A stretch of 64,000 nt of DNA from assembly GCF_964355755.1 (NCBI RefSeq), contig NC_092672.1:22023237-22087236 (forward strand). Reading direction: 5' to 3'. The translations under genes and the position numbers were made by a program. The notes beneath the pieces are model-generated. The model made no database searches. It worked only from the letters and a program-made list of their open reading frames with translations, and was not told the DNA's origin. Origin of the DNA: Antedon mediterranea (Eukaryota; Animalia; Echinodermata). Below, in pieces: positions 37,801-49,800 of the stretch (position 1 is the stretch's first letter; every line of letters begins with the position of its first letter).

Positions 37801-40800
37801 TAGTAAGATAAATTAATAGGCTCTTTAGAATTAATATTTTGCCTACAAAAAGGTTGACTGTATTTAACAACCCATCAGTACAATTAGAACAAAAAAGCAG
37901 TTTGAGGTCTAATGTACATGTTTATACAATCAAATAATATAACATGAAAATGGAATATTTAAGCTACACATTACATGCATTACAAAAGAATTCATTAAAG
38001 AAAGCACATTAAAGTAGAAACATTGTTTGAGATTTTGTCATTTTGAATTGCAGTATGAATCAAATAAAACAGCCTGTAACAGTTATGGAAGATTGTGTAC
38101 ATTAGGTTGTGACATATTGTATTGTAAACCACTGATCATGATGATCACTGAGATCACGCAGCTTGATCTCGCTGATCATGTGAGTATTCTCAATGGATAT
38201 ATTATTGTCAACACTTAGCTTGAAAATATGCCTGGAGGCGCAAACAAAATCCAAGATCGCGACAAAAATCCAAAATGACTGCCCGTTTGATATAAATTGT
38301 ATTTATAATGCCTATTAAATGCTCTTTCAGAAAATTGATTGGGTATGTCATCCTCAGAATGTATTTTGTAATTTAACATATAAACACATAAAGTCCAAGA
38401 TGGCCATCAAAATTCAAAATCGCTTCAAATTGAGCTAAATTGTATTTATAGTCTATTAAATGGCCTTTTTAAACTTGTTTGTTTTTTATTTACCACACAC
38501 ATTGAATACAAAGTAAAAATATTAAATTCATTCATTCATTCTAGAAACATTTATTGACAATATCATAGCATAACATTAACAATGGTTGGCATATAGGCCT
38601 AATATACTATAGTCGAGAGACTACAAAAGGCCCGATGGGCTTGTCGCTGTAGTCCCTCTTTACATTATACAAGTATACATACAAATGAAAAATACAATAT
38701 AGATAATACAGTATACAGTATTAGCGTGATCAGTAATCATTGTGATGAGTTATCAGCGATAGTAGCAATATGAATGCATTTATTAATTAAAGGTTATGAA
38801 GATGTACAAGAAAATGTTTGATAAAATGGAAGGAATGCCATATGCTCACCATGTAGATCGTGAAATGTACATGGTTGATAACACCATGAAATCACCTGAA
38901 GGTATTACAAAACTTAAGCGAAACGTTGGTAGATACATGAAGGAAATGGTGAGAGAAGTTCCAGTAAAGTGGGTTAATTTACAGGAAAGTTTGCAAAGAA
39001 TTGGTGAAACAAAATTGTGTATTACGTTTGAGGAGGTAAAGTTTTGATTGTGGATTCCAATGTAATTATATAATAATATTATTTATTGTTACTTTGTTTT
39101 TATTCCTACAGACACTAGTAATATTTATAGTCCTGGCGGAGTTTTTTTTTTTTTCAGGACGAATGTGGGCAGAAATCATAAATAATTCATATACTAATAA
39201 TAATTCTATAAAGAATTGCAAGATAGCTGATCTACTTCCTAAATATACTAAACCTAACCCTCTAAATAATCTCTCTCAACTATTAAAAAAACAATAACAT
39301 AATAAGCCACGCCCATTTATGTAAATTGCCCACGTTCGTCCTGAAAAAAAAAATTACGCGTCCTGGCCTATCATTGAATTTTCCATTAGATTTTCTCCAG
39401 GCTCTACAAGTAATGTACTGAGTTAAGTTATTTATTTAAATTAAATTCTGTATTAGGTTTCCAGGCTTGGCACTAAATGTGAAATATCCAAAGAGAGGCT
39501 CGCCACTGCCATAGAGTATATGAATGACATTGGGATCATTTTGCATTCGAATTCTAACAAAAAACTGAAAAACACTGTGATAACAGATCTTAAAATGATG
39601 ATTCAAATGGTGACAAAAGTGATCACGGTAGTTAAACCGTCTATTAAAGTGGTAGGTAGATAATGTATTTTATTATGATATTAAATTGTCATCATGTGGA
39701 TGTATAGGTGATGTTAATAATCTGTTCTTAGTAACTTGATGTGAAACAGTATAATTGTATTGATCATGTGATTGTACTGTGTAAAGTAAGAATAAACTGT
39801 TTTTTTTAATATAGAAGCAAATGAGTGTGCTGTAGAAAAGGCTTGATGAGGAAGGAATGCTGGAGGAAAGACTGCTACGGTATTTATGGAAACATGAATT
39901 AGAGGAAGATCCACATCGCTTTGAAATCTTTACTGAAGAGATGAAGACATTTGGTTTGCTCTTTGAGAAATCAGAGGTAAGTTAAACATCTTATTTTAGA
40001 TTGGCTATTACTTAAATTAGCTTAAATGTTATACTTATATTTACAACACTTTGCTTACATCCGCAGGTACCTGAAAGTAACCGGGTATTCTTGGTTCCAT
40101 CTCGGATGCAAACCAAGAAAGAGAGTCTTGAAGTTAAAACGGACGAGGAAAATATGGTATCGATCTATCTTACACCTACGGACTTTCTTCCCAATGCTGT
40201 ATACAATACATTGGTTGTTGCATTTCTTGACTTGATGGAGGTCAAAGGTAGACCTGGTGAACCAGTTGTGTTTCAAAATCGCAGTGAATTTGACTTTAAG
40301 GATCATGGGGTTAATTTAGGCACAGTGAAAATTGAAAACAGGCATGCATTAAAGGTACAGACATTATTTATGTATTTAGTTTCAAATAAATATATTAGAA
40401 CAGAAGATCAAACATAACATTTTGAACTAATTTTGCCACTTTTACTGAATTAAAATGTTTATGAATGAATGTTGAACATGAACCTACAAAAGATAATTGT
40501 AATAATCCAATGAAACCTTTCTGCATTTATTAACTTTTTTTAGTAAACTTTTCTTATCAGCTTGAAATATCTCATCTAATTAAAGTTGATGGCAATACTA
40601 CAGGCCCAAAAAATGAACCACATCGAAGCTTCTGCATAGAGGTAAGGATAATATGTGTTAACATTTTCAACAAAACAGTACTAGAATGTAATGAAAGAAT
40701 ATTTTTAAATTAAGTTCTTCATTTTGTTGTAGGTGTTAGGATATTTGAAGCATCAACTACAAAATGTGCTTGTCACAAGTGAAACAGTTGGCTACAATCT

Positions 40801-43800
40801 ATGTGTGTTGTGTACTGCTTGTAATCCAGCAGAGAAGCCTCATTTACATGGTCTTAAACGATGCTTGGAACAAGATTTCGATGGTGTTAAATGTGGCGAT
40901 AAGCTCATGGATACAACTCGTTTAAAGAGCCTATTTTCGGAAGGTAATTGAAATTTTGAATTATCATCAACATTTTCTTCAATAGCAATATTATTAGTTT
41001 GTTTTAATGACATAGGAACATGTGTGTGTTTGTTTGTTTTTTTTTCATACCACATCAATACAATATACAAAGATGTGTCTAGAAATATCTGCAAAGGCCC
41101 TTTGAATAATAGATAACATTTATTCTTATTATTTACAACCTAATGAAAATCAGTTGACTAATTGGCATTTGGGGTTTTTAACATTTTTTAAAAAATAAAA
41201 CAGGTTTAGGCTAATTAGCTAAACATTTATCCCAAATAACTTGAGGCGTCATGTAAATCTATTGTTTTCCCTGCAGAAATCTTTCTTCTCACAATAAGGA
41301 TTTATCTATCTGCAGTATTTATTCTGGAAGGCCTGCATAACTTTAAAATAAATATTTAATTTAATAATTTCTTTTCCAAGAATACATGTACTGATAGATA
41401 TCTTTTGTTTGCATAGATACACCAGATGCTACTACTACTCCTCTGGCTATAAGCTCATCATTACCATCAGGTCAGTTGATTGATACACCAGATGATACTA
41501 CTACTCCTCTGGCTATAAGCTCATCATTATCATCAGGTCAGTTGATTGATACACCAGATGATACTACTACTCCTGTGGCTATAATCTCATCATTATCATC
41601 AGGTCAGTTGATTGATACACCAGATGATACTACTACTCCTGTGGCTATAATCTCATCATTATCATCAGGTCAGTTGATTGATACACCAGATGATACTACT
41701 ACTCCTGTGGCTATAATATCATCATTATCATCAGGTCAGTTGATTGATAACATTTGTTAATTATAAATTACATTATACATTACATACAATTTAAAAATGG
41801 CAATAGCTAATTCAGAAAACATCAGCTAATGTAGAAACATCAACAGTTAAAAATATGTTATATGGTACTTGATATGTAAAGTTTGGAAAATGTTAGTATT
41901 TTAAACAATTTTTAATAAGGAAAATGTCAAAGATGGTGGTTTCTGACAAATCTCATGATTTCAAAAAAACATGAATAAGGTCCAATTTGAATTGCATAAA
42001 ACAGTGTATCCTAGTGTTGTTAACAGAATAGTTTATTTAATAAAAACTAACTTTTAAATGTGTATTGAATAAATTGTGATACTGTTTTTGTTATGACTAT
42101 GTATATCTTTTATTTTGTATAGATACACTAACTACTACTCCTCTGGCTACAAGCTCATTACGAACAGGTTAGTTGATTATCATTAGAGATCCTTGGATAG
42201 GGTAGTGTTACAACCACTAATGTAGAAAATATTAGCTAATGTTGAAATGGCAATAGCTAAATGTAGAAATAACAAATTGCTCATATGTAATTAGTACCAG
42301 CTAAGGTGAGAAAATGCTTCACAACTACTGTTGTGAACTACATCAAGAAACCTGAAGTTAAATGTAATATAAAGTTGGTAATACATAAGGATAACAACTA
42401 AGGAGATTCTGTATTAATCACTTTCAACTACCATATCTGTTTTTTGAGGATATTAATTATTCCCTATGCAGCAATATAATTATGGTGTTTTAGGAATTTA
42501 TATTCATACATCAGACATATTCAAACAATGATTATCAACAACTATGATAATTATGCTAATTATTTGAAGCCACTCATTTAATGAATGGTTTTTCCCATCA
42601 AAGTTTACTGTCCGATTATAAATGAATATCATGACAAAAAGTATAACTGTCATAAGTCTTAACCATTTTTTTGCAAACCATATCTCTATGTTTTTGTAGC
42701 CTCTTTATCTACCCACTAGACTAGACTCATTAATGTACAATAGTTAGCATATGATGCATCATGTAGATATGGAAGGCAACAAACAACTGACATACACCAT
42801 TTTAAATCTCTATGTTTTTGTAGCCTCTTTATCTACCCACTAGACTAGACTCATTAATGTACAATAGATAGCATCTGATGGATCATGTAGATATGGAAGG
42901 CAACAAACAACTGACATACACTATTTTAAATCTCCATGTTTTTGTAACCTCTTTATCTACTCTCACTAGACTAGACTCATTAATGTACAATAGATAGCAT
43001 ATGATGCATCATGTAGATATGGAAGGCAACAAACAACTGACATCTCACTAGACTCATTATTGTTATTTGGCTATCCTTAGAGACCATTATGTATCATATG
43101 GAAAGTTGTCAAATGAAAAATATATGAATAGGATACGGAATCATAAAACAGTGCATCTTAGTGTTATTAACAGAACAGTGTATTGAATTCAATTCACATT
43201 TATTTACTCATCCTTTATAGTATACTGTAGTTTCATAGAATAATTGATGGCAAGGATCCTGCATAAAGAAGTTTACACTCCTGTTTTCGCAGGACCCTTT
43301 TACATAAAAAAACATAAAACAATAAACACAACATAATAGATATAAAGTAAAAAAAACATTTTAAATATACATTTTATATATACATTTTAGAGTTGTTCAT
43401 CATCAAAAAGCGATAGTGTTTTTCTAACATGATTATTGTGATACTGTATTCTTTATATGTATATGTTTATTTTGTATAGAAACACAGACAACTACTCCTC
43501 TAGCTACAAGCTCATTACGAACAGGTTAGTTGATTATCATTAGATCATTAGAGATCCTTGGATAGGGTAGTGTTACAACCACTAATGTAGAAAATATTAG
43601 CTAATGTTGAAATGGCAAAGCTAAATGTAGAAATAACAAATTGCTCATATGTAATTAGTACCAGCTAAGGTGAGAAAATGCTTCACAACTATGATGAAAC
43701 TACTGTTGTGAACTACATCAAGAAACGTGAAGGATAGATACATTATGTGAAGTTAAATGTAATATAAAGTTGGTAACACATAAGGATAACAACTAAGCAG

Positions 43801-46800
43801 ATTCTGTATTAATCTCTTTCAACTACCATGTCTGTGTTTTGGGGATATTAATTATTCCCTATGCAGCAATATAAATTTTGATCTGATTTCTGGAAAGTTA
43901 TGGTGTTTTAGGAATTTATATTCATACATACAGACATATTCACACAATGATTATCAACAACTATGATAATTATGCTATTTATCCTAAATTTATATCATAA
44001 TTTGAAAAAAAAAGAAACTTCTCTTCAACGATTTAGATTTAGATTGTCAGAGGATAATTTCAAACAGTTAATTGCAGACTTTGCAAAATGGTTTGATGAT
44101 CGTGGTCTCCTTAAAAGGCTACAAGTTCTATGCATAGAAATAGTAGATGATTGATATATAAACAATGAGCTGTAATAATACCAACAATAATGAAACTATT
44201 AAGGAATACTTTACATACATGTACTAATACAGCTTATGAGTTTTCTGTCTGATTAAAATGAATATCATGACAAAAAGAGTAACTGTCACAAACACACTTT
44301 TTTGCCGAATCATATCTCTATGTTTCTTTATCTACCCACTAGACTAAACTACTTATTGTACAATATATAGCATCTGATGGATCATGTAGATATGGAAGGC
44401 AACAAACAACTGACATACACCATTTTAAATCTCTATGTTTTTGTAGCCTCTTTATCTACTCGCACTAGATAATAATAATAATAATAATAATAATTTATTG
44501 GAAACTTCACTTTTACAACAGTGGCACACTTTGATGATAAAGGTGCGTCCAAATAATAACATACAAGAATAAATAAAATTATTAACTTAAAAATAAATCA
44601 AAATGAATGAATGAAATACAAAACATAACTCTTACAAAAACAAAAACAAATAAGTAAATACTTTAAATCAAAATAAATAAATAAAACAAACTTAAGAGGA
44701 ATAAAAATAAATAAAAATGTTTAGATACACACAGAATAAATAATAAAATTAATTTCATGGTATGAATCAAAACAAAGAGTATAACAGTGTGTGTAATACT
44801 CAACACTAAGGCATAATAAATAAAATAAAAAGACAAAGATTACTAAACAGAAATCACACAAAAGTTGAAAAGCAATTCAAAACACAACAGCATTGACATT
44901 ACAAGTTTAAAAGAGCACAACGTTTCTTCCATAAAGATTTAGCCAATGATTTACAAAATTTGTCGATTGAAGTCTTAATAATATTATCAAATAAATCATG
45001 GACATTGCCTAGAATAAGAAGTTTTTTTTTTAATAAATCTAAATTTTGAAAATAATCAAAGAGATAAAAAAGATTAGATTCCAAAAGTTCTTGTTGGAAT
45101 TTAGCGATTTGGTTTTTTTTTCTCTTCTTCTAGAGTGGTACATGTTAGGAGAAAGTGCATAATGGTTTCTTCTTCATTTCTGTTGCACAATTTACAACAA
45201 CCATTAGCATTAGGGTCATTTGACCATTTAGATGTTTTTCTTTCAAGGGGAAGGGTGTTTGATCGCAGCTTAAATTTTAACGATTCTCCTTCAAAGTCAA
45301 TTTTATCAAGTAGATACTGTTCATGTTTTGGTTCATTTTTTATATACATATAATGTTCAATTGACGTTTTACATTTACCGTCTCAACCCAATACGAGAGA
45401 GCTAGATTTTCATAATTATTTTTGTATTGGAAGCCCAGTTGGCATCAAAGTTATCATTACCATTTCGAATATCAGAAAAAATATCATGTGTACCACAATT
45501 ATCAATGATATTTCGAACACAATGGAATTTTAAATGATAGATCATTAAAGTTCTCTGTCAATTTAACTAGTGTTTTCAGTAATATCCTATGCCAACGTTC
45601 ATCTTTCATCCTTAAAATTCTTTCCATATAATTAATTCTATTTACATTTTGAATATATGAGATTTTTGACCACCCAAGTTCCCCATAAAGAGTAGCACAA
45701 GGGGTATTCCTAGAGGCCTTAAGGATAAACCTTGCCATTTGTAATTGTAGTCTTTCAATTCTTTCACAATCACTTTTGCTACCAACCCAAATAGTACTAT
45801 CATAATTTATTGATGGAAGTGCAATTGTTCGCCAGAGGATATCACCATAATATACTCTATTAAAATTGTTTAAATTACCAATTATGGCTTTTATATAGCC
45901 TATGAGTCGGTTACATTTTTGTATAATAATATTCTACATGGCTATGGTCATTTGCACCTCTTGATATCATTACACCTAGATATTTATACGTTTCACACTC
46001 AGTTATCGACTGGTCTCCTAATTTCCATAACTTTTGTTTATCTATTTTCTTACCTACAACAAGTACATTTGATTTAGTTGGGTTAAATAGCATTTTCCAA
46101 TCAATGGCAAATTTTGCAGTTAGTTGTAACATGTGAGTCATTTATTGCTCATTTTCAGCTAATAGCACAATATCATCTGCCCAGAAAAGGGCTCCTTGCC
46201 ATACGTTATTAATATGAACTCCTATATCATTTAATTTTAGAATTTTTGTGAGCTCATTGATAAATATACAAAACAGAATAGGAGATAGCACACATCCCTG
46301 TCTAACTCTTTGTTCAATTGAAAATTCATTAGTTACAGTATCCCCAAATTTTACTTTCCCTTTGATATTTGCACACATGTTATCAATAATTCTCCACAAA
46401 CGCCCTCTTATTCCTATATTCCATATGGCTTTCAGGAGCCCATCTCCAAACGGAATCAAATGCCTTTCGGAAGTCCAGGAAAGCTAGATAGGTGTTTTTT
46501 CCTTCTTTTTTTCTTAAAGCAGTTATACTTTTAATTACAAATGGTCCTCACACCTATGATCTTTCCTGAAACCACCCTGGACTTCCGTCAATTCATTATC
46601 ACTTTCCAAATAGTTTGATACATTCATAGCAATTACTCTATTAAATAATTTTGATACACAAGATGTAAGAGAGATTCCACGATAATTGTTCAAATCTCTC
46701 TTATCACCATGTTTAAAGATTGGAATAATTAAACTTAAATTCCAGTCTTCTGGTGGGTGTTCAAAAAGGATGATTCTATTAAATAAATCTAACAGAGATT

Positions 46801-49800
46801 TTACCATAATATGACCACCATTTTTTTAAAGTTCATTAGTAATGTTATCTTTCCCTGGAGATTTAAAATTTTTTTGCAAATACTTAATACATATTTTATA
46901 CTTTCAATATCAATAGAAATATCACATAGAGGATCTGTAGCCTCATCCTCATCTCTGAACAAGACTTGTTTCTAATGTTTTGTATACAGTTCTCAGTCAT
47001 GTATACATTATTATTGAATGTATTATTTTTAGAATTACTTAGCGATTCCCAATAGTTTCTTAATGTTTTGGCTTTTTCTTCAACGCTAGTAACAACTTGT
47101 TCCGACCCTGGAACAAAATCAGTATTTTGTTTGTTAAACTTTGACCCCCTAATTGTTTGCCAGAATTCCTTACAATTTTTACCTCCTTTGTTTGCAATAA
47201 CAATTGATTTATCTACCCTCATTTCTAATATCTTTTGTTTTATCAAATTCTTAGCAAACAACCGCTTTTATTGGTAATTCTGCCAAAGGAAGTCACATGT
47301 TGCAGCATCTTTGTCTTTTCTTTTAACATAATTTCTATGAATTTGTGTTGCTTTCTTTCTATTGCATTTGCAACTTCCTTATCAAACCCGTTGGTTTAGA
47401 TTTTCCTCCAACACATTTTTTACCAATGCCTTTTTCTGCACATTTAATTACAATAGACTTCCAGGAATTCCATAAGTCATTAACATTATCAAACCTATTT
47501 GCATCCCATTCTTTAAAACCCCTTTCTAAATAGGTAGTATAGTCACTAAAATCTTCACCAAACTTAATGTTCCATATATATTTCTTACTACACCTATTAT
47601 CTTTGTTTTTCGAGTTACTTATATTTAATTTAAGTAGTAACATATAATATTTTGTTGTTTTGTTATACAATACATTTTCATTGTAGATTCTGTCAGATTT
47701 ACAATTGTTTTTTGTATTAATATAAGGATGACATATAACACAGGATGACAGTTTTAACACTTACTCCAAATTAAACGAGCATTTTAAATAAAGTATTTCT
47801 AAAAATCATCATCGTGTCTCAAGTTCAGCAAATTCTAAATGGAATTTAAACAAAAATCATGAAAAATGTGTTGGCTAGGTGTGGTAGTTCGAGATCAGTC
47901 GGACACAATCATATGAAGGCAGCATTGATTTCCATCCGTATTTCATTTATTCATATTCACATTCATATTCACTGGCATTTATCACATAAACTACCATCAG
48001 CCATCTCTTGGAAGAAACCCCTATAAATACAACAGACAAACATACATAATAATAATCGACATATGAACAATTGCTAACCATTGTTATACTCATTATGTTA
48101 TCTTTAGTACAGATACACATCACATCAGTATTACATTATTGTCTATTATATATAACAAGTGATAACCACATCTATACCTGGATTAAACGATGTGAATTTT
48201 GGAGGTGCATACCCATCTTTAGTCAGCCTACACAGGCCCGTAGCCAGGGGGGTTTTTATGGTTCGGGCGAACCCCCCTTTACAGCGAACCCCCCTTAACC
48301 GACTGCGAACCCCCATCCCCGACATGCCCAATACCTCACCCTCATCTCCAAAACTCCTCCAAATACGTGCCCCACAGTACAAAAAATTGTTTGTAAATTG
48401 AAAAATTCGTAAACTTGTTCGTGAACCTTCTTCTCTGTATGAGCGTCAACTAGCGATACGTGTCTGTAAATTTCTAAAAGCTGCAAATGAATTGCCGATT
48501 TTAACCTGAAAAATAAATGTTTGGTCCCTGCATGTAACATGATATTGACGCGTCTCATAGCGAACTGGGGCACGAACGATTCGTACAAAGGACACCGCCA
48601 GACAACTGCGTACCTATAATTGTTTAGATCACTGGCAGTCAGGCAGCATGCATAAAGTATATAGCCTTCCGACGTACATCAGTATTTATGTGTGACTATG
48701 AAGTATAATGTATCATAGAGGATTATAGTGAATATTAAAATTTTACACTATAATATCTATGGTATCAAGTACTGTAGTTCACATTATGGCATCCGATTAT
48801 TTTTTTCTAGACCACCAGCCGATACGTACTAAAATGTATCAATATCACCTATTTAAATATTTATATTCCTCAACAAATTGCTGTAAATAAATATTATAGA
48901 TAGAGCTAGCAAATAGCATTTGCCTTCAACCAGTGTTCTTTTTTCGGGGCTGCTCCTAGATGTACGTTCGCATTGAACTTGAACGCAAAACAAAATACGG
49001 AGTAAATGATCAAACAATCGGCGGTTCCGCACAGAGCACGCGCATCTAACATACGGCAACAAATAGTTATCGTCCTTTAAATTATCGACGTGTTTGAAAA
49101 GGAGGAAAAAAGTACGATCTTTTTGCTCATTGGTAGCATGCTGCACGAGAGTGTCTTTTCCGGCCATCTAGGGGTGTCATTTAACAAAATTCGCTTCGCA
49201 TCAGGCCCCACCCCCAGGGGGGGGGGGTTGACCCAAATATTTAGTGTCCGAACCCCCCCTTGACCGATCCTGGCTACGGCCCTGCTACATTCCATTCAGC
49301 CCAATCTATTAATAAACATGTAAAACCAGGTTCTTAACATCATACTATTCACAACTACATATGACCACAACATTGGTCGCCATATTGGAATCCGAACTTG
49401 CACACTTATCGGCGAGTCATTTTACCATCAATTATAACTACATATATGAGCATAACACATTTAATACAATACTACTATTCATTATCATGACTAAATACAA
49501 CAATTGATTACCTTAATGTATGATATAGTATTACAACGTACCTGGAAACAAATAACTGATAATTTAATTAGTATAGCAACTGCCTCTACTCAGCCACAAT
49601 GGATATGCCCAATCACCCACGTGCGGGGAAATGGAAATATCTGTTTTTAAACAAAACTGTGTGAGCTATTATTTTAGGCCTAAATTTTTATGTTATCTGA
49701 GATTAACAAAAACATACAAGTTTTAACTAACACTGACACACAAGCTAATTTTCCCACAAAAAAATATAAACGTCGTAGTGGTGTATCGTTACATGTACTT

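Noticed and set aside
23187-40327. Scattered CACAGTG heptamers near ROCO exons as recombination signals
   Set aside because: Several copies of any 7-mer are expected in 64 kb, and none has a spaced nonamer or the GGTCTACT box.
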